This document shows, piece by piece, positions 54,738-64,000 of a stretch of 64,000 nucleotides of DNA. The stretch comes from a virus, in the IMG/VR virus record IMGVR_UViG_3300043419_000787, positions 1 to 64,000 of that record. One strand, written 5' to 3'. The notes beneath the pieces were generated by a model, which was not told the origin of the DNA, did not search any database, and saw only the letters and a program-made list of their open reading frames with translations. The translations under genes and the position numbers were made by a program. The first letter of the stretch is position 1. Every line of letters begins with the position of its first letter.

Positions 54738-55830
54738 TGTCGAATCCTAAGTCTTCGCCTGCTGTGTTATAATTAAATAATGGTTGTATATGTTTCTCGA
54801 TTTTTTGAAGAACTTCAGTGTTAAAGACTTTATCAGTAAAGAAATCTTTGTTTGGTACTACTTCATCTAAATGCTGACATATCCAAGTTTTAGCAGTATC
54901 TTTTTTGATTTTCTCTTTTGTCTTAGGATCGATAATTCCTCTAGTTACTCCACAAATATCCCAAGTTGCATATTGCTCTAATCCAACATAACGATTCATT
55001 CCCTTAGTAAAATCTAAATGAAATTTAATTGCAGTTGGTTTGGCAAAACGATTCTTAGCAGGTTTTGCAGTTACAATAATACCAACTTTTTCTGCTCCAT
55101 CTTTTAATTGTGCTTTGTTTAACATCAACACAATAGATGCTGCATATTCAGGTCCAGTTCCACCACCTGCAATTTGTTGAGGTATGAATGACTGAGACTG
55201 GTAAGTGTGGTTTGTAAATAGGAAAGGAATCTTTAAATCAGCCATTGGAGTCATGATAATTCTAAAGATTGATTTTAGTACTTTAGAACGAGTCATATCT
55301 GCTTTATCAGATCCTGATGCTGCATCTTCGATTTCTTTTTGAGTTGCTAAGTTACCAGCAGAATCTAATACCATCATTATTTTTGGAATAGATGCTCCGC
55401 CTCTTTTAGCTTCTTGCATTTTCTTAGTGATTGATGTTACTGAAGTTCTAAACTCCTGTACAGTATTCACTGGTTGGTAACTGACTTTAGTTGTATCAAT
55501 ACCAAATTTTTTCATTAGGTCTTTATCAACTGCTGCTTCAGAGTCATAATAGATGACGCTGTAACCCATGTTGATTGCTTCTCGAACAGTATTTAACATT
55601 AGGAATGTTTTACCAGTTCCTGAAGGTCCTGCTACTGAACAAGATCGGTTGTTCGGCCATCCACCAAAAAGACTACCAGAAACACATGCATTTAAATGGT
55701 AGTTTCCTGTATCTAACCATTCAGTTACTTCAGAGAAATCTGAAGTTTCCATAATGGATCCTAGTGGGTTTAATTCTGCTAATTCAGCGTTGATGTCATC
55801 GAACGTGAATGATGTTACTTTTTTAGCCAT
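54706..55830 (-). CDS. uvsX: UvsX/RecA-family recombinase
   Basis: Walker A SVAGPSGTGKTF; RecA-fold core; 374 aa. Confidence 0.85.
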   Translation of the reverse strand: MAKKVTSFTFDDINAELAELNPLGSIMETSDFSEVTEWLDTGNYHLNACVSGSLFGGWPNNRSCSVAGPSGTGKTFLMLNTVREAINMGYSVIYYDSEAAVDKDLMKKFGIDTTKVSYQPVNTVQEFRTSVTSITKKMQEAKRGGASIPKIMMVLDSAGNLATQKEIEDAASGSDKADMTRSKVLKSIFRIIMTPMADLKIPFLFTNHTYQSQSFIPQQIAGGGTGPEYAASIVLMLNKAQLKDGAEKVGIIVTAKPAKNRFAKPTAIKFHLDFTKGMNRYVGLEQYATWDICGVTRGIIDPKTKEKIKKDTAKTWICQHLDEVVPNKDFFTDKVFNTEVLQKIEKHIQPLFNYNTAGEDLGFDIDDVIDSDED

Positions 55831-56017
55831 TGTTTTCTATATTTTTAAAAAGGTCTGCTTCTTTTACTCGAAGTTCGTTAATTTGATTAATTGAATCAGT
55901 AAGTTCTTGTTTCAACATTTCGATTCTTATTTTTAAAGAACCAACTTTACCGTAAATTTCACGGTATTTTTCAATAACTTCTAGTTGTTCCGGGGTTAGT
56001 TGTGATGTATCAATCAT
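55823..56017 (-). CDS. Hypothetical small coiled-coil protein
   Basis: 64 aa ORF. Confidence 0.3.
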   Translation of the reverse strand: MIDTSQLTPEQLEVIEKYREIYGKVGSLKIRIEMLKQELTDSINQINELRVKEADLFKNIENNG

Positions 56018-56018
56018 A

Positions 56019-57215
56019 TTAAAATAATGAAGTTGAGTAAATTAAGTTTCTGTTTAGAGTTTGTAATCCGATCGATTCTAATAAACGATTCAATGGATCA
56101 ATCATACTCTTTTCAAATTGTACTTCATAATCAATTGGTGGTGCTATTTCGTATGGATGGTCTCCAGGAAAATATGCGAACATTTCGCAAGTTTTGTGGT
56201 TACAATGATACAATCTTAGCTTTTCACCATTACCGATTAATTTGTACTTGTTCTTGTACTTTGGATTGTTGTTTAATAGATAATTGTAGAATCCTGCTGC
56301 TTTCACGTTAGGTGGACATTTAGAACCATATTGGAATTCGATATGGTCATCAACAATATATTTTTCAATATTATTTGTTCTCTTATTGAATGTAATATCA
56401 TCAATATTTGCCATCTTAAATTCTTTCTTAGTTTTCTTAAGAAATGTGACCATCTTACCAAGAGTTTCGGCATTTGGTTTTTCAGTAAACAAGATTTGAA
56501 TTGCTTCAGTTAATTTCTTACGAACAAAAGTAGGAGTTGAAGATTGAATTGAATCAAATCCAATAACTTTTACTTTCTTAAGTGAAGGGTATCTTTCATG
56601 TTCTTTTAACTTGTCTTCCCATGCAATATCTTGAATGTACTTCTTTTTAGCCATCCAAATTCCAGCATATGCAATCGATTCTAGTTCAAATTGTAAGAAG
56701 CTTTCTGTATTTCTATTTTCAGCATACTTATCTAATGACTTTGAAATATATTCTTTAATTCTAAGATTGTATATTGCTAAAATAAAAGTTGCAATATCCA
56801 TCTTTTCGCCAAGCCATTCAATAGAATCATACATCTCTTCAAACTGAACATAGTTCGAATCTGTATCAATGTAAATTACTGCTTCTTTGTAAATGTTGTT
56901 CTTGACTCTAATATTTAGTTTCTGATGAACATCTTTATCTTTAATAAAGAATTCTTGGAAATACTTATTTAGAATTTTTGCAGAATAAAGGATTGCATTT
57001 TGTCCTTGTAGTGTAATGGATTCAGCAATATCGATATTGAAAAAATGGAACCACTGGTTCCCAAAGGCTCCATAAATAGAGTTTAATGTTACTTTAACGG
57101 CTTGTTCATAAGCTGTAAACTTGGCAGACTCATTCTTAAAATGAGTCGCCAAGATTTCAAGCTCGTTTCTGGTAAGTTGCTCTTCAGGTTTATTTAGTAG
57201 TTCTTCGATTGTCAT
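56019..57215 (-). CDS. DNA polymerase (family B) C-terminal cistron (palm motifs B and C + thumb)
   Basis: Motif B KVTLNSIYGAFG and motif C YIDTDS. No exonuclease motifs or motif A (those are in 61107..62516). Confidence 0.85.
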   Translation of the reverse strand: MTIEELLNKPEEQLTRNELEILATHFKNESAKFTAYEQAVKVTLNSIYGAFGNQWFHFFNIDIAESITLQGQNAILYSAKILNKYFQEFFIKDKDVHQKLNIRVKNNIYKEAVIYIDTDSNYVQFEEMYDSIEWLGEKMDIATFILAIYNLRIKEYISKSLDKYAENRNTESFLQFELESIAYAGIWMAKKKYIQDIAWEDKLKEHERYPSLKKVKVIGFDSIQSSTPTFVRKKLTEAIQILFTEKPNAETLGKMVTFLKKTKKEFKMANIDDITFNKRTNNIEKYIVDDHIEFQYGSKCPPNVKAAGFYNYLLNNNPKYKNKYKLIGNGEKLRLYHCNHKTCEMFAYFPGDHPYEIAPPIDYEVQFEKSMIDPLNRLLESIGLQTLNRNLIYSTSLF

Positions 57216-57961
57216 TAATCAGCGGATTGGCAAGTTGCAATAGTTAATAAAGTAGCAGATTCAGTAGAACGTAATACTACGCGGTTACCGAATACGTAAG
57301 CTTTGTAGTCTTCTTTGTCAAGTAAACTCAAATACTTTTTATAAACTGTTACATTTGCTTTATCACCTTCAAATTCAGTACTTACTAATTTGCTGTATGA
57401 TTTACCACTAATTTTAACACCATCATCAGATGATGAGATACTAAATGTTTCATCTTTATCTAAGTTGAATAAAGATTTGATTTTTCCAGTTTCAACATTA
57501 CTTAATTCGAATACGAAATCAGATCCTTCAGTATTGAAGATTCCTTGTAATTGAGATTCTGTTAAATCTTTGTAACCTAAAGAAGGTTCTGAACAAGATA
57601 ATGTGATTTCCAAATCATCATTAAAGATTTTGAAACTTGTTGCTACACAATCTTCATCATTTTCAATGAATTCAATTTCGCCATGGATACCTTGGTAATC
57701 GAATTGTTTGAATGCTTCGATTAATTTAGCTGCATCAAAGAATGCAACTTTTAATTCTTTTTCAGGTGTTTCGCCTGATGTTACGAAAATCTCTCCTAGT
57801 GGAAGAGCGTTGTGCTTCACAGCATCTCGCTGTGGCAAGTAAGCTGAAGAAACTACTTGATCGCCTTTAATCTTAAAATAGATAAAAGAGTCAATAAGTT
57901 TCAATCGGTTTACGAAACCAATAAAATTGTTTTGGTCTACTTTGTCAATGTGTAATTTCAT
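57215..57961 (-). CDS. Hypothetical protein, possibly sliding clamp (gp45-like)
   Basis: 248 aa (gp45 is 228 aa), acidic, between the polymerase cistrons. Only weak N-terminal resemblance (MKL...). Confidence 0.3.
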   Translation of the reverse strand: MKLHIDKVDQNNFIGFVNRLKLIDSFIYFKIKGDQVVSSAYLPQRDAVKHNALPLGEIFVTSGETPEKELKVAFFDAAKLIEAFKQFDYQGIHGEIEFIENDEDCVATSFKIFNDDLEITLSCSEPSLGYKDLTESQLQGIFNTEGSDFVFELSNVETGKIKSLFNLDKDETFSISSSDDGVKISGKSYSKLVSTEFEGDKANVTVYKKYLSLLDKEDYKAYVFGNRVVLRSTESATLLTIATCQSAD

Positions 57962-58025
57962 GAATAAACTTTTTTTAGAAACGTTTGATATGATACTTAT
58001 ATGGAGTAATCAGTATTTGTTTCAT

Positions 58026-58063
58026 AAAAAAGGGCAGAGATAGTAGCGAACGTTTCTCTGCCC
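58026..58063 (-). terminator. Intrinsic terminator downstream of nrdA
   Basis: GGGCAGAGA-13 nt loop-TCTCTGCCC followed on the minus strand by TTTTTTATG. Confidence 0.55.
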
Positions 58064-58120
58064 AACCCGTTAACTATAACGGTCCTAAAATGTGTCTATA
58101 TAAATATAGACACCGGAATT

Positions 58121-59938
58121 TTATCCATCGCAACTCAAGCAATCAGGATCCATTGCTCTTTGTGCTATATCTCCTCTAAGTACTGATTCAGTTCTCATAT
58201 AATAAAGTGTTTTGATTCCTTGATTATAAGCTTCTAAATGCACTTGATTGATAAATTTAGGTTCGGCCTCATTTGGAAATGCTAAGTTTAATGAAACTGC
58301 TTGGTCAACATATTGTTGACGAAGTCCTGCTTGTTTAACTAATTCCATTTGATTAATTTCTTTAAATGTTCTATAAGCATCTTTCATTGGAATAAATTCT
58401 GATTTTTCCATATCAGTCATTTCGGCCAATTTGTCGATATGAACAGGTCGTCCTGCTTTCTCTTCTAATTTCTCTCCAATTTTTACAAAGTATTCATCCA
58501 TCCAATCTAAACCTTGGACTGAACCACCATCGGCTAGAATCTGATCCCATGTATCTTTGTTATTTTTCTTAACAAATGATAGAGCTTTTTCCAATGTTGG
58601 ATTCTTTCTAATAAAAGTACCTTTTGCTGTTTGTTCAGTAAATACGTTTGCTGCCCAAGGTTCAATACCTGCAGAAACATTGCCAGACAATTTAGAGTTA
58701 GAAACTGTAGGGGCAATTGCACGTAAATGTGAATTTCTCATTCCAGTTCCAACACACCAAAGTGGTTCTCCATATTCTGTCGCCATATCTCTACTTGCTC
58801 TTTCAGATTCAATTTTGATTTGACTAAAAATCTTTCTAGTTTCAAATTGAGCCATTAGAGAATCAAATGGAATATTACGATCTTGTAAATATGTGTGCCA
58901 TCCTAAAACTCCAAGTCCTAATGCTCTACCTTTTTCGGCAGAACGAACTGAGTTTTCAAATCCTCTCATGTATTTTGCACGACTAATAAATTCAGAAAGA
59001 ACTCCATCTAAAAATTGAGTTGATGTATATACTAAATCTGTATTTTTCCACTCGTCATATTTAGCCAAGTTCAATGAACTTAAACAACAAACAAATGAGT
59101 GATTCTCATCAGTGTGTAAAGTAATCTCTGAACAAATATTGGTCATATAAACTTTTAAACCATTTTGTTTGTATGCTTCAGGATTTGCTCGGTTAACATT
59201 TCCCTTGTACATTATATAAGGCTCTCCAGTTGATTTTCTTTTTCTAAGAACTGCAGCCCATCTTTTTCTTGCTTCTTTATCTCCAGCTTCTAATTTAGAC
59301 ATGAAACTATCTGAAACAACAACACACATGTGCATATTTAAAGATTGACGATTAACATCTCCTTTAGGTTCTCTAATTTCTAACCATTCCCAAAAATCAC
59401 CATGTTCAATATCAATATTTACTGATGCTGCTCCTCTTCTAACGGACCCTTGATTGGTTGCCAAAACTGAACTGTCGTAAATTTTAATGAAAGGAACTAC
59501 ACCATCTGATGTACCATTTTGAGAAATATTTGTACCTGCTGGACGAATTTGATTTACACCAATTCCAACTCCACCGCCGTGTTTTGCAAGTAACATCATT
59601 TCTAAATTTTTACCACCAATATCAGCAATAGAATCTGCAACGTCAATACCAAAACAAGAAATTGGTAATCCTCTTTCAGTACCTGTATTTGATAAAACTG
59701 GCGTAGCCAAGTTTAACCAACCTTTCCAAATATAATCGAAGAATTTGCTTGCCAATTCAGGCTTTCCTAATCTTTTTGCAATGCTTGTTGAAACTCTCCA
59801 ATAAGCATCTTTAGGTGTTTCACCTTTTAACAAATATCCTTTTGATATTGTTTTAACATAAATTTCTGTATTACCCCAAACTGGGAAATCTACTCCTAGT
59901 TCCCAGCCTTGTTGTTCTCCGTAATTAATTTGATCCAT
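58121..59938 (-). CDS. nrdA: Ribonucleotide reductase class I alpha subunit (NrdA), no ATP-cone
   Basis: Active-site NICSEITL (C-x-E) and C-terminal redox pair CLSCDG. 605 aa; N-terminus lacks the VxKRDG ATP-cone. Confidence 0.8.
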   Translation of the reverse strand: MDQINYGEQQGWELGVDFPVWGNTEIYVKTISKGYLLKGETPKDAYWRVSTSIAKRLGKPELASKFFDYIWKGWLNLATPVLSNTGTERGLPISCFGIDVADSIADIGGKNLEMMLLAKHGGGVGIGVNQIRPAGTNISQNGTSDGVVPFIKIYDSSVLATNQGSVRRGAASVNIDIEHGDFWEWLEIREPKGDVNRQSLNMHMCVVVSDSFMSKLEAGDKEARKRWAAVLRKRKSTGEPYIMYKGNVNRANPEAYKQNGLKVYMTNICSEITLHTDENHSFVCCLSSLNLAKYDEWKNTDLVYTSTQFLDGVLSEFISRAKYMRGFENSVRSAEKGRALGLGVLGWHTYLQDRNIPFDSLMAQFETRKIFSQIKIESERASRDMATEYGEPLWCVGTGMRNSHLRAIAPTVSNSKLSGNVSAGIEPWAANVFTEQTAKGTFIRKNPTLEKALSFVKKNNKDTWDQILADGGSVQGLDWMDEYFVKIGEKLEEKAGRPVHIDKLAEMTDMEKSEFIPMKDAYRTFKEINQMELVKQAGLRQQYVDQAVSLNLAFPNEAEPKFINQVHLEAYNQGIKTLYYMRTESVLRGDIAQRAMDPDCLSCDG

Positions 59939-59971
59939 CTAAAAATTTTAATTTGTATTGTTTATTTATTC

Positions 59972-60988
59972 TTATGAAAACATGTCGTCCTCGTCCCAAT
60001 TCTCATCTTCTCCTGCTTTTGAGTAGTCAGTTGGTCGAATTGCAAAGAAATCAGTGTGTGTATGTCCACCAGTTAAATGATAGAACCAGTCTAATTGACT
60101 AGCCATCGCTTCGCTATAATGGAAAATGCTTTCATATCCTAATTCGTTTAATTTCTCATTTGCTCTTTTCTTAATAAATTCTTTAAGGTCATTTGCTTGC
60201 ATGTTTTCAAGGTCTCCCATTTCAAACATTTTATCAATGAATTGGAATTCCATTTCAACCATAAGTTTTGCAGCTTCTTCAACTTGAGATTGAACTGCTT
60301 CTTTTAATTCAGGATATTCTTCACACATGTGACGGAAAAGTTGACAACCCATTTTAGAGTGTAAAGATTCATCTCTAACAGACCATTTCATTTGCTGACC
60401 AATACCTTTAAGTAGGTTACGCATCTGGAATGAATATAAAACAGCAAATGATGAATATAGTGAAACTCCTTCAGCAAACGCAGAGAAGATCGCAAGTGAT
60501 CGGGCAACGTCCTTTCTAGCATCTGAATTATGTTGCAAATCTAAATGAGTGTAATCATTATTAGTTTCAACTAGGAATTCAAATTTCTGAGAAGTTGCAG
60601 GTTCTTTAAGAAATGCTGCAAAATCTTCTAGACCTAATGTCTCATTTAAATACGAATATGCAACAGCATGTACTGTTTCGTTTGCACCAAAAGCCATCGC
60701 CATTTGTCTAATTTCGTGCTTTGGGAACCATTTAGTTACCATATTAGTCCAGTAATCTGAAACTGCACATTCGGTTTGAGCAAATCCTAATAATATATTT
60801 CCAACAAGATTCTTTTCAGAAGGAGTTAAATGCTCATTCCAATCTTTAAGATCGCCTTGCATTGAAATTTCAGTATGTAGCCAATGCGCTTGCATAACTG
60901 GAAGCCATCCTTCAGTATAGTACATTGGATATTCAAAGGGTTTGTACTCTACGCGTTCAACAAATAATGATGATTTTGAATTTTCCAT
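59972..60988 (-). CDS. nrdB: Ribonucleotide reductase class I beta subunit (NrdB)
   Basis: Di-iron ligand motifs (ANETVHAVAYSY = ExxH; FAEGVSLYSSF) and 338 aa length. Confidence 0.8.
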   Translation of the reverse strand: MENSKSSLFVERVEYKPFEYPMYYTEGWLPVMQAHWLHTEISMQGDLKDWNEHLTPSEKNLVGNILLGFAQTECAVSDYWTNMVTKWFPKHEIRQMAMAFGANETVHAVAYSYLNETLGLEDFAAFLKEPATSQKFEFLVETNNDYTHLDLQHNSDARKDVARSLAIFSAFAEGVSLYSSFAVLYSFQMRNLLKGIGQQMKWSVRDESLHSKMGCQLFRHMCEEYPELKEAVQSQVEEAAKLMVEMEFQFIDKMFEMGDLENMQANDLKEFIKKRANEKLNELGYESIFHYSEAMASQLDWFYHLTGGHTHTDFFAIRPTDYSKAGEDENWDEDDMFS

Positions 60989-61106
60989 TTTTTTAATTTT
61001 TTTTACTTTTTGTATAGACTAGAATGGCCTAGAGTTTTAAGTTCCAGGCCAATGTATTGGGATTTCTTTATATATTAAAGACAACCCAGCAGACATAGTC
61101 CGGAAG

Positions 61107-62516
61107 TTAATCTTTTTTCTTTTCTAATAACTTTTTGTAGTGTTCCGCTTTTGTATATAGATCGTAAGATGTAGACTTATATTGCTTTCTTTTTGAATAC
61201 AAATCTGTAAGAATCATTTTTAACATTGAATCTTCATTACGATAAACAACTCCATTTTCGCAAACAATAACATTTTTATCTGCTCTACGTTCTTCAATTT
61301 TTGAAAGTGGAACCTTTTCAACAAATGCATCTGGAGAGATATTGAATTGACGCATGATAGATGGATATAGAGATGCAAAGTCAAATGCACTTACACCGTG
61401 ATAGAAACCAACTTTAGGTTCTTTTACAAATGCACCAGCATATTGTGTATCTTTTTTACCATCAGATCTTTGTTCAGTTCCAATTCTAAAACCAGATTCT
61501 GCCATTTTACGGGCAATTAATGCTTCAGTTACGGCAACAGGGGATGCTGCTTTATAAAGAGGCATTTGTGTAATATTTGCAAGTGTTAGAAGTACATCCA
61601 TTGATTTTAGTTTCTGATCAATATAATATACTAACACACTATCGACTACGTTATAATAAACATATTTTTTAAAATCATCGCGATAAAGGTCTTGTAAACC
61701 TCCATTGTATTTGATTTTACCGAAACCTAGAACTTGACCTGCAACATATTCAAGAGCATTTGATTCTTTAACTTTTACAGATTTATCATATTTGTCATAT
61801 AATTGCATGTAATCAAGAATACCCATGTGAAGAGGTCTTGAATCTGTAGAATCTACTGCTTTTGTTAGTGCTGAATCTGCAATATCAATTTGTAATCTTT
61901 TACAACGATTAACAATATATTGCCAGTCATAGTTGATAAAGTTCCAACCTGACATCATTGGGAATTTAGGCATGAATTTATACAAGAACGTATAAACCAT
62001 ATCATACTCAGATTTAAACTTAATGTATTGAAAAGTCCAATCAGAATCTAATTGTTTGAAATACTCATTAGTATCTTTTTCAATTTGACTAATTTGTTCT
62101 GGTGAAAGGTCTTCTAATCCAAGAACAATTGTCTTTTTATTTGGAGTAATAATTGAGAACGTTAAGATTCTAGATTTAGCTTCTTCAGCTTTAGGGAATC
62201 CATCTACTATTTCAGTTTCAATATCGACAAAATAAGTCTTTGGCATATTGTATGCATAAATCTCTTCTTTGTCCTTTGCAGGAAGATTATCCATAAAATA
62301 TACCAAAGAAAACTTATTAAATTGTCTAGAAGCTCCTAATTTAACAGGACGATTATCCCAATTTTTAAATTGAGTACTTGCTTCACGATCTTTAGCATCA
62401 CAAACAAACCAGTTTTGGTATTGGTTGATTGGGTATCTTTTAAAAGCTACTTCTCCTTCTTTATTATAAAAGGAAACCATAACCTCTTTGTCTCTTTGTT
62501 CGATGTCTAATAACAT
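61107..62516 (-). CDS. DNA polymerase (family B) N-terminal cistron (3'-5' exonuclease + motif A)
   Basis: Exo I FVDIETE, Exo II SGWNFINYDWQY, Exo III YYNVVDSVLV, Pol motif A DFASLYPSI. ORF ends ~70 aa after motif A with a stop. No intein-like sequence. Confidence 0.9.
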   Translation of the reverse strand: MLLDIEQRDKEVMVSFYNKEGEVAFKRYPINQYQNWFVCDAKDREASTQFKNWDNRPVKLGASRQFNKFSLVYFMDNLPAKDKEEIYAYNMPKTYFVDIETEIVDGFPKAEEAKSRILTFSIITPNKKTIVLGLEDLSPEQISQIEKDTNEYFKQLDSDWTFQYIKFKSEYDMVYTFLYKFMPKFPMMSGWNFINYDWQYIVNRCKRLQIDIADSALTKAVDSTDSRPLHMGILDYMQLYDKYDKSVKVKESNALEYVAGQVLGFGKIKYNGGLQDLYRDDFKKYVYYNVVDSVLVYYIDQKLKSMDVLLTLANITQMPLYKAASPVAVTEALIARKMAESGFRIGTEQRSDGKKDTQYAGAFVKEPKVGFYHGVSAFDFASLYPSIMRQFNISPDAFVEKVPLSKIEERRADKNVIVCENGVVYRNEDSMLKMILTDLYSKRKQYKSTSYDLYTKAEHYKKLLEKKKD

Positions 62517-62983
62517 TAATATCCTCGTTTTTGGCGTTGCTTATTCTCTTCTGCTTTTGCAAAGTAGTAATTGTATGCTGTTTTGGCGTCTAGTCCAATT
62601 GAAGCAGCATAATTTATAAAGAAGTGTAGAATATCTACCCATTCCATATAAAGTTCTTTGCGATCATTTTCTGAAAGATCGGAAATTTTCAAGTTCTCAT
62701 ATTTAGTATGAGCTGTTTTCCAATATTTCCAAACTGCATTACCATCTCCATCTTTAATACCACCTAATGCATCAGTCATTTCATGAATCTCATCAACTAC
62801 TGCGTGAGTATTAACATGCCAGAAATTCATAATGTCTCTGATTGACATATTGTCAAAATCAAATCCATAAGTTTTTTCTTGCATTTCTTTTTGGTGATTC
62901 ATTATATCTGCCAAATGTGTGGTAGATTTATCATAGAAGTCATTTACTTCTAAATCTTTACATTCATTATCAATATTTGCCAT
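62516..62983 (-). CDS. All-alpha NTP pyrophosphohydrolase (MazG/dimeric dUTPase-like); candidate dCTPase (T4 gp56-like)
   Basis: 155 aa. Acidic helix motifs VVDEIHEMTDAL and ELYMEWVDILHFF. C-terminal AVWKYWK...ILHFFINY...RQKRGY resembles gp56 as I recall it; needs verification. Confidence 0.5.
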   Translation of the reverse strand: MANIDNECKDLEVNDFYDKSTTHLADIMNHQKEMQEKTYGFDFDNMSIRDIMNFWHVNTHAVVDEIHEMTDALGGIKDGDGNAVWKYWKTAHTKYENLKISDLSENDRKELYMEWVDILHFFINYAASIGLDAKTAYNYYFAKAEENKQRQKRGY

Positions 62984-63006
62984 ATACTATTTTATAGTTT
63001 TATTTG

Positions 63007-63420
63007 TTATTGTTTACTAAATTTGATGTAATCCTGAATATAATTTCTAATTCTGTCAGATCCAACAGGATTCATTGAATGTACTTCAAAACATGGAAAG
63101 TCTAATTTATTGTCGATACAATAATCAACTAACCATTTAGCACAGTCTAAACCTGTTTTTTCTTCAAATTCAGTTGGATAGTCAGCAACATCTCCACACA
63201 TTGCTGGACTATAATGCTCATCTGCTAAATCATGATCGAATGATACCATTTCAGGAAGACCATTTAAAGTAATCCATTTTGTAAATTCATCGTAATTTTT
63301 AACAATTGACCATTCTTGTTGAGTATACATTGCAGCATGCGTACCTATTCGGTATGGCATGTAACTCATACAGTCATGAGGATTCCTGAAGTCGTCTAAA
63401 AATAAATGAGTTGCTTTCAT
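63007..63420 (-). CDS. Hypothetical protein
   Basis: Start set at MKATHLFLDDFRNP to avoid overlap with upstream ORF; no motif recognised. Confidence 0.35.
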   Translation of the reverse strand: MKATHLFLDDFRNPHDCMSYMPYRIGTHAAMYTQQEWSIVKNYDEFTKWITLNGLPEMVSFDHDLADEHYSPAMCGDVADYPTEFEEKTGLDCAKWLVDYCIDNKLDFPCFEVHSMNPVGSDRIRNYIQDYIKFSKQ

Positions 63421-63430
63421 AATAGTTATA

Positions 63431-63922
63431 TTAGAAAAGCGAGTTTTGTTCAAAATTATTATTAAAAAAGTATTCCATAACCGAATCATCAGTTCTTGCT
63501 ACTTTTCGACGACTAATTAAATGCGGGTTATTTCTTAAGCGGTAATAAACTCCATACTGGCAAAGACCAACTTCGCAACCATAAGTTTTAAGGTCATCTT
63601 GTTCATGTTGGAAAACCTTCTTACCGTCAACATAAACATTATGTGTTGATTCATGTAATGGTATATCTCCAATAAGGTCTTTATAATTCTCACGGAACCA
63701 AATAACTCTATCTCCATAAGGAATTGTACAACCTTCGCCAAACATTAAGTCTAATGTATATCTAGCACCAGGTCCAGGTACGCAAAATCTTTCATCATGA
63801 TCTATATTAAGTCTTGGATTTACAGAGTTTGACGTTGAACAGTGATAACCGTAATAAGAACCAACACCTTCAATTTCTGTTAATATATTAAACATCTCAG
63901 ATAAAGAGTTAACCTGGGCCAT
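63431..63922 (-). CDS. Hypothetical Cys-rich protein
   Basis: 163 aa ORF. Confidence 0.4.
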   Translation of the reverse strand: MAQVNSLSEMFNILTEIEGVGSYYGYHCSTSNSVNPRLNIDHDERFCVPGPGARYTLDLMFGEGCTIPYGDRVIWFRENYKDLIGDIPLHESTHNVYVDGKKVFQHEQDDLKTYGCEVGLCQYGVYYRLRNNPHLISRRKVARTDDSVMEYFFNNNFEQNSLF

Positions 63923-64000
63923 TCTTGCTGTGATTCCTCGAGGTATAAAAGAAGCTACCCATAGAAGAATATTAACTTTATGAGCATCTCTTGGTTGATT

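Noticed and set aside
61001-61100. Imperfect inverted repeat TGGCCT...AGGCCA between the polymerase N-cistron and nrdB as a terminator or regulatory hairpin
   Set aside because: 6-bp stem with a 17-nt loop and no T-tract; too weak to call.

Overview
This 64 kb window reads as a contiguous segment of a large, AT-rich myovirus genome related to T4. Nearly all genes are on the minus strand, densely packed, with no obvious Shine-Dalgarno sequences.

Recognisable modules, low to high coordinate:
- Two tandem paralogous fibre/receptor-binding genes with LamG-like domains.
- A sigma-70/ECF-like sigma factor.
- An accessory nucleotide-metabolism and DNA-repair block: guanylate-kinase-like kinase, Nei/Fpg-like glycosylase, T4 DenV-like pyrimidine-dimer glycosylase, nucleoside 2-deoxyribosyltransferase-like protein, NAMPT/NadV, BCS1-like AAA ATPase, macro domain, PRPP-synthetase-like Prs, CCA-type nucleotidyltransferase, SPFH protein, GT-A glycosyltransferase and a metallophosphoesterase.
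- A tRNA-Ser(UGA)-like gene.
- A tail and packaging module: putative tape measure, chaperone pair with a prfB-like +1 frameshift site, RHH protein, gp19-like tube, gp18-like sheath, large terminase.
- A T4-type replication and head module: RNase H, gp44 clamp loader, gp23-like capsid, protease-scaffold fusion, gp20-like portal, gp55-like late sigma, gp46/gp47, gp41 helicase, UvsX.
- A family-B DNA polymerase split into two cistrons (N-terminal exo+motif A at 61107..62516; C-terminal motif B+C at 56019..57215) with nrdB, nrdA and a clamp-sized ORF between the halves.
- A gp56-like NTP-pyrophosphatase.

Two promoter-like motif classes recur: an ~80 bp tripartite element (8 copies) upstream of accessory/early-type genes, and an ATATATAA-type motif upstream of structural genes. 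Six intrinsic terminators were identified. No CRISPR array, integrase or rRNA was seen.
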